Positions 29,710 through 40,019 are shown, counted from the stretch's first letter. The stretch is DNA of 64,000 nt from Candidatus Bathyarchaeota archaeon (GCA_963780185.1 CAWABA010000009.1:32001-96000); one strand, 5' to 3'. Numbers and translations: made by a program. Notes: a model not told the origin generated them from the letters alone.

Positions 29710-30639
29710 CTATGGTGTGGTGTCAGTGGAGTTTCTTGGAATTAATGTTGTCACTGGAGGTGATGTTGTTTGCCAAGCTCCTGTGGGATTTGACGGTGTC
29801 TGCATCGGGAATGGCGCTTCTCCCTGCGTATAGGTGCCGTAGACGAATCCGTTGGTTGCCTTTGTAAGGACTATGTGCTGCAGGACTTGGTTGCTTGATG
29901 GCATGTTGACTGTGACGTTGCCGTTGTAGCTGACTGAGCAGATTCTGCTTACGTCGATGTATAGTGTTTTAGCGTTTCTAAGTTCAGTTATTACTTGATT
30001 TGAGTTTGCTCCGTTGTAGTTCTCTATGTAGGCTCCGAAAATTCCTGTAGTGAAGGTTTGGTTGGTTGATCCTTCTGGCAGACTGCTGCTGTTACCGACG
30101 AGTATGGCTAATCCTCCCGATCCACCGCAGTAGCCATTGTAGTTGGGAATCCCGTTGTAGGTAACGCCGTTTGCAAAGGTGAAGTGATTGCCTCCCAAGC
30201 CTGTTATAGCCATGTATCCTCCGCCTGGAATGCCTGGAATGTTGTTTATGCTTCCGTGAAAGCCTAAGTCCTCTATGGTTGAAGAGACAGAGTAGCTTAT
30301 GTTCGCGATTGGTCCTTGGTCAGAGGAGATTTGGAACTGGTAGTATTCTATTTTGGCGTCTGCACCTTGGAGGGCCATGCCGGCAGGGGTCAAAGTGAAG
30401 TTTGCGAGTCCATTGATATCAACGCCGTCCCATGACACGGTGTTGTTTGCGCCGCTTTGTTCAAGGTTAACGTAGACGTATGGGACGTTGACGTTGAACC
30501 ATGGCGTGAATGCTGTTTGCGCGTTTACCTGTTGCTCAGCAGCCATCATATATTCCAGTGGCACAATTGTTGCTACTCCGATTGCTATGGCGAGTATTCC
30601 GCAAAGTATCAGTTTTTTCTCGATCATTTGGTTTTTCAC
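29710..30639 (-). CDS. Membrane-anchored/secreted protein
   Basis: N-terminal KK + hydrophobic helix; N/G/T-rich beta-type body with many NxS/T sequons. Confidence 0.8.
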   Translation of the reverse strand: MKNQMIEKKLILCGILAIAIGVATIVPLEYMMAAEQQVNAQTAFTPWFNVNVPYVYVNLEQSGANNTVSWDGVDINGLANFTLTPAGMALQGADAKIEYYQFQISSDQGPIANISYSVSSTIEDLGFHGSINNIPGIPGGGYMAITGLGGNHFTFANGVTYNGIPNYNGYCGGSGGLAILVGNSSSLPEGSTNQTFTTGIFGAYIENYNGANSNQVITELRNAKTLYIDVSRICSVSYNGNVTVNMPSSNQVLQHIVLTKATNGFVYGTYTQGEAPFPMQTPSNPTGAWQTTSPPVTTLIPRNSTDTTP

Positions 30640-30680
30640 CGCTCAGCTAAGTGGCTAGGCGCCTAATAATGCTCCCCCAA

Positions 30681-30728
30681 GAACACAACTGTTCTAAACT
30701 GTTCCCTAACTGTTCTCAAAGAGAACAC
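30681..30728. promoter_or_regulatory. Phased AACTGTTC direct repeats flanked by GAACAC
   Basis: gaacacAACTGTTCtaAACTGTTCcctAACTGTTCtcaaagagaacac; 10-11 bp period; just upstream of the 30639 operon. Confidence 0.65.
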
Positions 30729-30782
30729 CGCTAAAGACTGCGGAAAAAATGGCTTAAGCTAAAGAAAGGAACCTGTCAAAAT

Positions 30783-31520
30783 TCACTTTTGCGGGTTTTT
30801 CCAAAGTTTCCTAAAAACCAGTACACCAACAACCAATGCCAGGGTAATTCCTGCTATTTCATCCACAATGTAGTGCTGTTTAATGAATAAGGTAGACAAA
30901 ACGACTCCCACCGTGATAAATAGCGCTAGGAACGCGGTTGCCTTGGTGACCGTGCTTGGTTTGGTTTTGCTGTACTGGAACCATGTGAAGAAGCATATCG
31001 TTGAGACGGCGGCGTGTAAGCTGGGGAAGCAGTTGAAGGAAGTGTCATTTGCAAAGGTGTTATAAACCTGAGTCGCCCAAAAATTGCCCACCATTGGATT
31101 CGCAAGCAGTTCTTGGCGGTACCAGAAAGTGGAAACTGGAAAAACAATGTAGACTAGAACCGCGATGCCGTTGATAGCTACAAGCGACCAGCCCAATGCA
31201 TAACCTTTTTTGTACTCGACAAAAGCAAAATAAAGCATTGTCAAAATGACAAGCGGATAAAACAAGTACACATAGAAAAGAACCATTTCGGGAACAAAAG
31301 GAATCGCGGTGTCCAACCCAGTTTGAAGCCTAAACCCTGAGCCAGCCTTGTAAAGTTGCCCAGTCCAATCGTAGGCTACGTTGTTGAGCAGCAGATAAAA
31401 CAGGACAAGCATCAAAAACACGTTGGCGAGGACAAAAGTCAAGTAAACGCTTTTTTTGCTGGATTTGCCGCGGAAAAAAATCTTTTCAACTGCGATTTGG
31501 AATCTGTCGTGAAGCCCCAA
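30783..31520 (-). CDS. PAP2-superfamily membrane phosphatase/phosphotransferase
   Basis: NCFPSLHAA and STLFIKQHYIVD motifs; multiple TM helices. Confidence 0.85.
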   Translation of the reverse strand: MGLHDRFQIAVEKIFFRGKSSKKSVYLTFVLANVFLMLVLFYLLLNNVAYDWTGQLYKAGSGFRLQTGLDTAIPFVPEMVLFYVYLFYPLVILTMLYFAFVEYKKGYALGWSLVAINGIAVLVYIVFPVSTFWYRQELLANPMVGNFWATQVYNTFANDTSFNCFPSLHAAVSTICFFTWFQYSKTKPSTVTKATAFLALFITVGVVLSTLFIKQHYIVDEIAGITLALVVGVLVFRKLWKNPQK

Positions 31521-31703
31521 CTCTCTTTTCCCCTTTAGCCAATGCCAAAGTGAATGCTAAATATAAAAGCGTAATCTAACTTTGGCTGCAGACGCCTTGT
31601 CGCTACACTGGTTGTTGGATTTAGTAACGAGTACGATTGCTGGGTTCTCCAAAACTTTCGCGCTCGGAAAATAGGAAAGAGAAGACTCTGCTTTGTCTTG
31701 GGG

Positions 31704-32762
31704 CTAACTGGTCAAGCTGTAGGAGCCAACCGTTAGTTTTTCAGCGCCGTCCCGAGTGACTAAAACTGTGTCTTCTATTCTGACTCCGCCGTAACCTGGA
31801 AGGTAGATTCCCGGCTCATCCGTTACCACGTTCCCAACTGCCAAGATGTCTTTGCTGTCAGGGCTCAAAACGGGCGCTTCATGAATTTCCAAGCCAACCC
31901 CGTGTCCCAAGTTGTGGACAAAGAAGTCGCCGAAACCAGCCGCTTCAATCGTTTGCCTTGCTGCCGCATCAACTACTTTGGCTTCAACGCCAGGTTTTAT
32001 GGTTTCGAAGGCTTTTTGATGCGCCGCCTTGACTGCTTCATAGATTTTCTGCTGCTTCTCACTGGGCTTTCCCGCAGTAAATGTTCGGGTCATGTCTGAG
32101 CGGTAAAAGCCGACGGTTGCGCCTAAATCTACCACCACCAATTCTCCTTTGCGGATTGTTCGGCTTGAGCAGGAACCGTGCGGGTAGGCTGAGCTAGAAC
32201 CTGACGCGGTGATTGTGTCGAAGCTTGTTCCATCTGACCCTTTTTTCCGCATGACGTATTCAACTTCAGCCGCCACTTCCTTCTCTTTCACTCCAGGGCG
32301 AATGAGCTCAGAAGCCACTTGCATGCCGTCAGACGCCAATTTGCATGCATCCCGAATCAATTTGATTTCCGTTTCGTCCTTGATGCTTCTTAGTTTAAGA
32401 ACCAAGCTGCCTATGGACTCCAACTTTTGTTCTCCGCCGACTGCCTTGGCAAGGGCACGCCAACTCTCAATCGGCAACGCATCCACGGCGTATTTTTTGG
32501 CGGGTGCCTGCTTGGCGAATTTTTCCATCAGGTTCTCGCCTCGCTTCAGGAGTTCCACGGTTAAGCCTTTTGCTTCTGCCTTGGCTTGCTCGTAGTTGAC
32601 TCCTCCCACGAAAAGCACGTTTTCCCCTTGTTCGGGAACTAGGAGCGCGGTTGCACCTGAAAAACCCGTGAAGTAGGTTAGGTTGGATGGGTTGAAGATT
32701 AAGAAGTTGCAGGTTAAGCCTTGCTTCGTTGCCGTTTGCCTTAAGGCTTCGGTTCGGTTCAT
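31704..32762 (-). CDS. Xaa-Pro aminopeptidase/prolidase (M24B)
   Basis: DLGA...YRSDMTRT, HNLGHGVGLEIHE, TDEPGIY, GVRIED. Confidence 0.93.
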   Translation of the reverse strand: MNRTEALRQTATKQGLTCNFLIFNPSNLTYFTGFSGATALLVPEQGENVLFVGGVNYEQAKAEAKGLTVELLKRGENLMEKFAKQAPAKKYAVDALPIESWRALAKAVGGEQKLESIGSLVLKLRSIKDETEIKLIRDACKLASDGMQVASELIRPGVKEKEVAAEVEYVMRKKGSDGTSFDTITASGSSSAYPHGSCSSRTIRKGELVVVDLGATVGFYRSDMTRTFTAGKPSEKQQKIYEAVKAAHQKAFETIKPGVEAKVVDAAARQTIEAAGFGDFFVHNLGHGVGLEIHEAPVLSPDSKDILAVGNVVTDEPGIYLPGYGGVRIEDTVLVTRDGAEKLTVGSYSLTS

Positions 32763-32894
32763 CGTTTCGCCCTGCTTCAAGGAAGAGGCTGCTGGGTTGC
32801 TTTAAGTTTTCGCTCCCCCGTTGTTTCCAAATTGGCTTGTTGCAACATGTTGATTGCGGTTCGGGAGAAAAAATCTGTCGACCCAGCAGAAATC

Positions 32895-33135
32895 TGCCCA
32901 TACCCGACAATGCTGCCTATGTGGCTTCATCATGGAAAGTCGCAACCCGCCCATTCCCGCCCATCCCGCAACATAGAACACGACCAGACCTGCAAGCGAT
33001 TCAAGCTTAGAACCAAAAAAGCAACTTGAAACGCAAAAAGAAAAAGTCTCAACTTATTCCTACGGCAAAGTCGCAAAAAAAAAACAAGACAAAAACCAGC
33101 CTCGAAACAAAAAACAGGAAATGCCACCTTTTTTT
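32895..33135. repeat. Dispersed intergenic repeat family A, copy 2
   Basis: Collinear similarity to 3066-3350, same orientation. Confidence 0.85.
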
Positions 33136-33251
33136 GCGTTATGCATGCCAAAATAGGTCGTTTTAAGTCGTGAATTTTTAAACGGATTAGCCATTAACTT
33201 AATATACTTTTCAAATGCCTACCCTAATTAATTATCGAGGGGTAAAAGAGC

Positions 33252-35147
33252 ATGTTTGCTTACGCAGGAAAAATTTTACATGTTAACCTCACAACAGGCG
33301 AGATAAGAAACGAGCCATTGTCAGAGCAGATGGCGAAGGATTACATCGGCGGCATAGGTTTAGGTATCCGATTGCTTTTTGACAACTCAAAGCCAGGAAC
33401 CGATGCTTATGACCCTGAAAACCCAATAATCTATTTGACAGGTCCACTCAGCGGCACCATGGGACCAACAGGCGGAAACAGCTACGCCGTCGTGTCCAAA
33501 TCACCAGCCACTGGCGGAATCGGCAACGCCGAAGCCCACGGCTTCTTTGGTCCAGACCTGAAACGTGCAGGATACGACGCCGTTGTTATCACAGGGAAAG
33601 CTCCAAAACTTTCTTACCTGTGGCTTGACGACGACAAAGTTGAAATCCGCAATGCTGAACACCTACAATACGCAACAGTAAACGAAACAGACCATAAAAT
33701 CCGCGAAGAACTAGGCGACTTTTACATCAGAGTTTCAGCCATCGGCGAAGCAGGCGAGAAACTTTGCAGATTTGCCGCAATCATAAATGACGAGTTCCGC
33801 GCCATCGGAAGAAGCGGCATGGGCGGAGTCATGGGCTCAAAAAACCTCAAAGCAGTTGCCGTACGAGGAACACATGACGTTAACGTTGCAAACCTTGACG
33901 GCTTCAGAGAATTCGTTAAAATGATTTATGAACGCATGAAAGGTCCGTCAACCAAGAAATACAAAACCTTAGGCACACCCGAAAACGTTCTTGTCCTCAA
34001 TTCACTCTCAGCCTTGGCAACGAGGAACTGGACCAACGCGACTTTTGAAGGAGCTGACAAAGTCAGCGGCGAATACTTCAACGAGCATTATGTCAAGAAA
34101 ATCGTTGGCTGCGCAACTTGCGGCATGCGTTGCGACCACATCGGGGTTGTTCCAGAAGGACCATACAAAGGCTCAACTTCAAGGCTTGAGTTCGAGTGCC
34201 TCTGGAGCATGGGACCACTCTGCGGAGTCGACAGGTTAGACGCAATCATTGAGGCAATGCGCATCGTAAACGAGTACGGCATGGACGGCATATCCATCGG
34301 TGTCGTAGTCGCATTCGCAATGGACCTCTATGAACACGGCATAATCACAAAGGAACAAACTGACGGAATCGACCTCAAATTCGGCAACGCAGAAGCAATG
34401 ATCGCCATGATACACAAAATTGGCAAACGCGAAGGCTGGCTGGGCAATATACTTGCTGAAGGTGTTGCAAAAGCCGCTGAATTAATCGGCGGAGACGCAT
34501 ACCAATACGCTTGCCACATCAAAGGCTTAGAGCTGCCAGGCTACGACCTGAGAACCCTAAAGACAGCGGCACTAGGATTCAGTGTCTCGTTCCGCGGAGC
34601 ATGCCACCTCAGAAACGGCGCTTACTCACCTGACGTTAAAGGCAAAGTAAACCGCTTCAAGATTGAGAAAGGCAGAGGCAAAATGATCACTGAAGAAAGC
34701 TACATGTACAACATCATTGACTCACTCATCGTCTGCAAATTCAGCAGAGGCACATACTACGACGGATGGAAAGACCTAACCAACTACTACACGCTTGCAA
34801 CAGGCATCCCCATCACACCTGAAGAAATGATTAAAGACGGCGACAGAATCGAAAACCTCGCAAGACTCTTCAACATACGCGAAGGCAAAGGCACACGAAA
34901 ATACGACGATGTACCATACAAAATAAAGCATTTCCCAGTCCCAGACGAAGGACCAGCCAAAGGAGTCTGCGTAAACGACGAAGAAATGGCAGTCGGCTTA
35001 GACGATTATTACGCTTCAAGAGGATGGACAGTTGACGGCATCCCAACCGTCGAACGCCTACAACAAGTAGGGCTCGGCGACTTAGCGTACATTGCCGAAG
35101 ACGCGATGAAAGCAGCTCAGGAAGCAAAGCCTCAGGGAGGCAACTAA
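33252..35147 (+). CDS. aor: Tungsten-type aldehyde:ferredoxin oxidoreductase
   Basis: KSPATG, GRSGMGGVMGSKNLKA, CATCGMRC, GMDGIS, HIKGLELPGYD, RGACH, DSLIVCKF. Confidence 0.92.
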   Translation: MFAYAGKILHVNLTTGEIRNEPLSEQMAKDYIGGIGLGIRLLFDNSKPGTDAYDPENPIIYLTGPLSGTMGPTGGNSYAVVSKSPATGGIGNAEAHGFFGPDLKRAGYDAVVITGKAPKLSYLWLDDDKVEIRNAEHLQYATVNETDHKIREELGDFYIRVSAIGEAGEKLCRFAAIINDEFRAIGRSGMGGVMGSKNLKAVAVRGTHDVNVANLDGFREFVKMIYERMKGPSTKKYKTLGTPENVLVLNSLSALATRNWTNATFEGADKVSGEYFNEHYVKKIVGCATCGMRCDHIGVVPEGPYKGSTSRLEFECLWSMGPLCGVDRLDAIIEAMRIVNEYGMDGISIGVVVAFAMDLYEHGIITKEQTDGIDLKFGNAEAMIAMIHKIGKREGWLGNILAEGVAKAAELIGGDAYQYACHIKGLELPGYDLRTLKTAALGFSVSFRGACHLRNGAYSPDVKGKVNRFKIEKGRGKMITEESYMYNIIDSLIVCKFSRGTYYDGWKDLTNYYTLATGIPITPEEMIKDGDRIENLARLFNIREGKGTRKYDDVPYKIKHFPVPDEGPAKGVCVNDEEMAVGLDDYYASRGWTVDGIPTVERLQQVGLGDLAYIAEDAMKAAQEAKPQGGN

Positions 35148-35148
35148 A

Positions 35149-35661
35149 ATGGTGCGACCACAAGACAGAAAATTCGTAACCGCTGACCCAGAGAAATGCA
35201 TAGGCTGCTGTGTCTGCGAGTACGCTTGCAGCATGGTAAACGAGAAAACCTTCAACCCCACTAAATCACGAATACGCGCCATGAGAATGGGACCACTCAT
35301 GAACATGGCAATAACATGCAGACACTGCGAAGATCCCGCGTGCGTAGCCGCTTGCCCAAGAGACGCGTTGAGCCAAGAAGACAACTCGGGAATAATCCGC
35401 GTTGACGAAAACGCATGCAACGGCTGCGGATGGTGCATCAGCGCATGCCAATTCGGCGCCATGAACATGCATCCCGAAAAGAAAATCGTCTTCACCTGCA
35501 ACAGCTGCACGGACAACGACACAAAAGAGCCGCAGTGCGTCAAATGGTGCCCCGAAGAAGCATTAACCTACGTAACAGCCGAAACACTGGCACAGAAATA
35601 CAGGCAGAAAGCAGTCAAGAACCTGTTCCAAGCGGCAGAAGCAGAAGCCAAATCAAAGTAA
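35149..35661 (+). CDS. 4Fe-4S polyferredoxin partner of AOR
   Basis: CIGCCVCEYAC, CRHCEDPACVAACP, CNGCGWCISAC, CNSC...CVKWCP. Confidence 0.9.
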   Translation: MVRPQDRKFVTADPEKCIGCCVCEYACSMVNEKTFNPTKSRIRAMRMGPLMNMAITCRHCEDPACVAACPRDALSQEDNSGIIRVDENACNGCGWCISACQFGAMNMHPEKKIVFTCNSCTDNDTKEPQCVKWCPEEALTYVTAETLAQKYRQKAVKNLFQAAEAEAKSK

Positions 35662-35954
35662 AAACGATTTAGAACCTTCATCACTTTCTTCTATATTTTA
35701 AGTTCTGCTTATTTTCAAGTTAACGTTTCTTTGTGACTTTTTTAGAAATATCTCTTGCAAAACGTTTTTTTCTTTGTTTCTCCAATATATTGGTGAGTGA
35801 AACGTTGCGTTTTCACTTCTGTTTTTAGGACAAAATGCGTAGAAGGGCTGAGAAGGCTCTGGTTCAATTCGCGATTTTAGTTGCAGAAATCGTGAAGGAA
35901 AGCTTTTGAATTTTTTTCTTTCTCCTTTACGGTCCAGAGCCTCAGCAAACCCAA

Positions 35955-38012
35955 CTAAACCGCTTTTTCAGCAATAGTTCCCTTAGTGTAGGGTACGAAT
36001 TCCCGGATTTGCTCAATCGACGTCTTGCCCGTTTTTTCCCGTTGTTCCTTTGGCAACTTCACCATTAGCGACCTAAGTATCTTCTGAAGAAGCTCCTTGC
36101 CCACGTAATCACCCGGCAACAAAACAACGTAGGCTTTGGTTTTTGCTTTCACCGCCTCCAACGGTCCGCCGATGAAGCTTGCTTCCTCATTAATGATTAT
36201 GCCTACAGCAACTTTGAGTGGTACTCCTCTTATCCAGTTGCGTTTGCCCACGACTGCGAAGGCGCCGTGGGGGACAGATTCGCCTGAAGGGCCGCTTTTG
36301 CTAAGTTGATCAACTTTTACCCAGTAGACGTCGGCTGAACCCGCGTTTTCTCGCCAGGCACGGGAAAAAGACGCTGCGAACTCGGCGGCTTCACGGAGCG
36401 CTTGTTCACTTATGGTTTTTCCTTCGGCTTTAACAACTACGAAGGGGGCTCCTGAAACCTCAGCATGGAAAACCGCATCTTCCTGCGCAGCATACTTTTT
36501 CACGAGAACCTCGTTGCTGACTGTATCTTTGCCTGCAACCACCAAAAAGCCGTCGGAAGAAGTGAACCAGCGGAATTTCTCGTACCACTCCCTATTCTCC
36601 GTCTCCACTTTACGTTTAGCAAGCGCCTCCATAAGCGCCGCGGGCTTGAGACTTTTCAGCTCTTCAGCCGCCTTCAGTTCCCTCTCAATCTTAACTAGCT
36701 TCCTCTTGGAATCCTCTAGTGCCGATAGGGCACCTTGGGCTTTCTGCTTGGCTTTCTTTCCCCGTTCATAGTAGCCGTTGGCGTTCTCGAAAAGTGAATC
36801 CCGAAGGCTAAAACTGAACTGGAAGCTGTCCATGCAGAGGTTAAGCGCGAGGTTGCGTCCGTCAAACGATTGAATGTAGGCTTCAGGTACGCAGCCTGCT
36901 TTTTTAGCCGCTAATGCCTCCTCAATTACTACTTCCCAATCTTTGCCTGCTCGGTTTGCATTCACAAGCTTATCCTGAAACATTTGGAGTTCGTTAAAGT
37001 GTGCGTATATGGCGTCTCCGACTAATTTGTCCCGCTCCGCCTTTGCTTCGTCTTCACGGATGGATTTTTCTTGTTCCGCAACCATCCTTCTTAGCCGTTC
37101 CGCTTCCAGCTTCAACTTGTCAGCTTCAACGCTGGAAAACGCGTTCTCAGCCGTGGTTACACGAAGATAAAACTCGTCTAAGGCTTGATTAAAAGCGCCG
37201 TAGTCTTGAGTTTTGAAGCCCTCGTAACGTTTAAGCCTAAGCGGCACCACATCCAAAAAGTTCTCTTCTGCGTCAAGAATTATGCTTGGCTCCAAGGTGG
37301 CTGCCGCAATCTTTGAAAGCAAACCCTGAAGGGCATCAAAAACCGCCTTAACCTCGTCGTCCGACAGGTTTTTGCATAGCTTGGCTTTTTTGACGCCGAC
37401 TCTAAGCAGCACTTCTTCCGCGTAAACTCCGCCGATGCCAAACATCCGCGCCATCGCCCTAACGACCTCGGTTTCTCCAGCGTTTTTCAGCGCATCCGCC
37501 ATTTCGGGCAGAGAAACTTTGAAGGGGTTCTTGCCGCTTGGAGGAGGAACCACCAAAACTTCGTTACGCAAGATGTTGCGGTCACGCATACGCTTAAGGA
37601 TCAGGGCTTGCCAAATCATGTTTGTGTCGTTTACCAAGATGAAGTTGCCTTCGCCGAAAAGCTCCACAACAAGCTTAAGCTCCCCCTCCTTGGTCCTGAA
37701 AGTCACCGAAACAATCCTTTCAAACTCATACTGGTCAATGCCCACTACCCATGCTCCACGCAAATACTTCCTCAAAGACATGCAGAAAGCAGGTGGAGCA
37801 GCTGGGCTTTCCTGAGCGTAAACCGTTGAATGTAACCTTCGTCCAGCTTCCATGACCAGGCGGATCGGCGGCAAGTTGGCTTTGTGAAGTTTGAAAACTA
37901 ATGTTTTTTCGTCAAGCTGGTAGATGTTGTTCACTCTGGAATCGCCTATCAAGCGCTTCAATTCGCTGGTGACGGCAGCAAGGTCGAAGCTTGAGAATTC
38001 TTTTTTGCGCAT
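35955..38012 (-). CDS. rqcH: Ribosome quality-control factor Rqc2/RqcH (NFACT/NEMF family)
   Basis: SSFDL, FCMSLRKYL, FERIV, ELFGEGN, coiled coil, WYEKFRWF...GKD...NE. Confidence 0.9.
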   Translation of the reverse strand: MRKKEFSSFDLAAVTSELKRLIGDSRVNNIYQLDEKTLVFKLHKANLPPIRLVMEAGRRLHSTVYAQESPAAPPAFCMSLRKYLRGAWVVGIDQYEFERIVSVTFRTKEGELKLVVELFGEGNFILVNDTNMIWQALILKRMRDRNILRNEVLVVPPPSGKNPFKVSLPEMADALKNAGETEVVRAMARMFGIGGVYAEEVLLRVGVKKAKLCKNLSDDEVKAVFDALQGLLSKIAAATLEPSIILDAEENFLDVVPLRLKRYEGFKTQDYGAFNQALDEFYLRVTTAENAFSSVEADKLKLEAERLRRMVAEQEKSIREDEAKAERDKLVGDAIYAHFNELQMFQDKLVNANRAGKDWEVVIEEALAAKKAGCVPEAYIQSFDGRNLALNLCMDSFQFSFSLRDSLFENANGYYERGKKAKQKAQGALSALEDSKRKLVKIERELKAAEELKSLKPAALMEALAKRKVETENREWYEKFRWFTSSDGFLVVAGKDTVSNEVLVKKYAAQEDAVFHAEVSGAPFVVVKAEGKTISEQALREAAEFAASFSRAWRENAGSADVYWVKVDQLSKSGPSGESVPHGAFAVVGKRNWIRGVPLKVAVGIIINEEASFIGGPLEAVKAKTKAYVVLLPGDYVGKELLQKILRSLMVKLPKEQREKTGKTSIEQIREFVPYTKGTIAEKAV

Positions 38013-38177
38013 GCCTGCATCATCATGTTGTTTTTCAGTAATTAACTTGTTTATGAAAAAAGCCTTTTTGCCTATGGGAATTGTTTGTGTCCTGCTTTTT
38101 CGAGGCAGAAACGATTTATACCTAGGCATGTTTTTTAAGTAAGAGTAAAATATACTTTGCGAAGGGTTACGTAAGAC

Positions 38178-38474
38178 ATGACGCCTATTGTGCAGCTTTA
38201 CTGGATTCGAGTCGGGTTGGGGGTAGTTGCGGCGGTCATAAGTGCGGCGTTAGTTTTGTACCTGAATCTGCCTTTAAATGACCTGAGCAGCCTAATTGAC
38301 GCCTTCACGATTGCCCTTCTAATTTACTTAGGATCTTTCTACCCGCTCAAAGCAATATACTCAAAGAAAATAGAGAAACAATCAAAAATCCTAAGCACAG
38401 CCGTAATAATGTACTTCTTCGCTTGGCTGCCGTTCTTCGTGCTGTTCTTCACACTATTCAAAATTTACTTTTAG
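38178..38474 (+). CDS. Small 3-TM membrane protein, possibly EMC6/Rab5ip-like
   Basis: LYWIRVGLGVVAA...IYL.SF...YFFAWL..FVLFFT pattern. Confidence 0.5.
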   Translation: MTPIVQLYWIRVGLGVVAAVISAALVLYLNLPLNDLSSLIDAFTIALLIYLGSFYPLKAIYSKKIEKQSKILSTAVIMYFFAWLPFFVLFFTLFKIYF

Positions 38475-38496
38475 TTTTCTTTTTTTAAAAAAAGAG

Positions 38497-38955
38497 TTAT
38501 TCTTCTTTTTTCTGCAGGAAATTGGCGATTGTAGCTTGGCTTTTGTCGCTTCGAAGTGTTTCTATTTTTTCTTCTGCGTTTGCTTTTGCGTTTCCGTTCT
38601 GCGGAGCCGGGATGTCCATGCGTGTTAGGATGCGCATGCAGTCTGCCCATGCTGAGAAGTATCCGCGGTCGAAGTCTCCGTGTAAGCCGTTGCCCATGTG
38701 TTCAAGGAACTCTTTTCTGTAGTTGTGCAGGGCTACTTTGTCGCTGAGGTCGATTTTTGAGAGAAAAGCGTAGTCGTCGGTTGCGCTGTTTTTGCGTGCA
38801 AGGTAGATGCCGTAGAGTGCTCGGAAGTATCCTCTGTTCCAGTCGGTTTTCTGCATTTTCTGCTTTACCCTTTCCAACTCGCGTTCTGCTTCGCTGAATT
38901 GCCTGGCTACTATGAGTTGGAAGTACCGTGTTACTAAGGCTTGTGAAATCGGCAT
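38497..38955 (-). CDS. Hypothetical protein co-transcribed with radA
   Basis: 152 aa; starts 2 bp after radA stop; repeated RGYF motif. Confidence 0.75.
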   Translation of the reverse strand: MPISQALVTRYFQLIVARQFSEAERELERVKQKMQKTDWNRGYFRALYGIYLARKNSATDDYAFLSKIDLSDKVALHNYRKEFLEHMGNGLHGDFDRGYFSAWADCMRILTRMDIPAPQNGNAKANAEEKIETLRSDKSQATIANFLQKKEE

Positions 38956-38957
38956 GT

Positions 38958-40019
38958 TTACCGTCCGCGGCTTTTAGTTGCTTTCTCCTCTTCAGAGACA
39001 TCCTCTATTCCGTTCTCGGTTACTTTAAGTATTTCCTCTCCTTCAGGCAAATACGGACTTGAAACTAGCCTTGCAATCCGTATGGGTCCATGCGGGGCTT
39101 TTCGAAGGTAAATGCGTGTGTGGCTCGTGTGGCCCACGATGTTTCCGCCGATGGGGTGGATTGCGTCGCCGAAGAATTGGTCGGGTTTAGCCATCACTTG
39201 GTTAGTTACGACTGCGACGGCGTTGAATGCTCGGGCCAGCGCGATTAGTTTGTGCATGTGTTTGTTGAGTTTCTGCTGTCTTGAAGCCAGCATTTCTCTT
39301 CCGAGGTATTCGCTTCGGAAATGGGCTGTTAGGGAGTCAACTATGATTAGTTTAATGTTGTTTGCCTTGATTATTTCGTCGGCGTTTTCCAGAAGAAACA
39401 TTTGATGGTCTGAAGTGTAGGCTTCAGCGTAAATGATGTTTTTGACCACTGTGTCAGGGTCTAAACCTAAAAACTTCGCCATCTGCACGATGCGTTCAAG
39501 CCTGAAGGTGTTTTCTGTGTCAACATAGAGGGCTGCGCCGTTGAGTCCGCCTCTCTCAGGAGGCAACTGAACGTTCACGCAGAGTTGATGGCACATCTGG
39601 CTTTTTCCGCTTCCATATTCGCCGTAAAACTCCGTTATCGTCTGAGTTTCTAATCCGCCGTCAACAACTTTGTCTAAGGCTTTGCTGCCTGTGGTTAGGC
39701 GGAGGACGTTTTTTCGCATTTTGGCAAGTTCGTCTGCACGGATAAATGAGACGCCGATGGCTGAGCGTGCGGCTTGTATGATTTGGAAGGCTTTTTTCTC
39801 GCTTACTCCAACTGGCTCCAGCTCTCGCGAAGTAGCCATAGCTAAGGATTCCACTTGGTGGTATCCGAGTTCTCGGAGTTTTTGCGCGGTTGCTGGTCCG
39901 ACTCCTGGCAGGTCTTCTATGAACTCGTATTTCGGTTTGGTTTCTTCAGCCTGTTTCTCTTTGGTTTCTTCTTGTTCTTCGGCTTCTTGGTTTTGGTCGT
40001 CTTCATTTTCTTCAGACAT
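38958..40019 (-). CDS. radA: DNA repair and recombination protein RadA
   Basis: HhH LPGVGPATA, GEYGSGKSQ, YVDTENTFR, IVDSLTAHFRSEY, TNQV. Confidence 0.97.
   Translation of the reverse strand: MSEENEDDQNQEAEEQEETKEKQAEETKPKYEFIEDLPGVGPATAQKLRELGYHQVESLAMATSRELEPVGVSEKKAFQIIQAARSAIGVSFIRADELAKMRKNVLRLTTGSKALDKVVDGGLETQTITEFYGEYGSGKSQMCHQLCVNVQLPPERGGLNGAALYVDTENTFRLERIVQMAKFLGLDPDTVVKNIIYAEAYTSDHQMFLLENADEIIKANNIKLIIVDSLTAHFRSEYLGREMLASRQQKLNKHMHKLIALARAFNAVAVVTNQVMAKPDQFFGDAIHPIGGNIVGHTSHTRIYLRKAPHGPIRIARLVSSPYLPEGEEILKVTENGIEDVSEEEKATKSRGR

Noticed and set aside
28369-31520. Integrated element at tRNA-Ile2 (or at tRNA-Gln)
   Set aside because: No integrase and no duplicated tRNA 3' end seen in the window.
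2640-33151. Short ORFs over repeat family A (e.g. 3032-3268, 3084-3455, 32832-33029)
   Set aside because: Frames, starts and stops are not conserved between copies, and indels break the frame.
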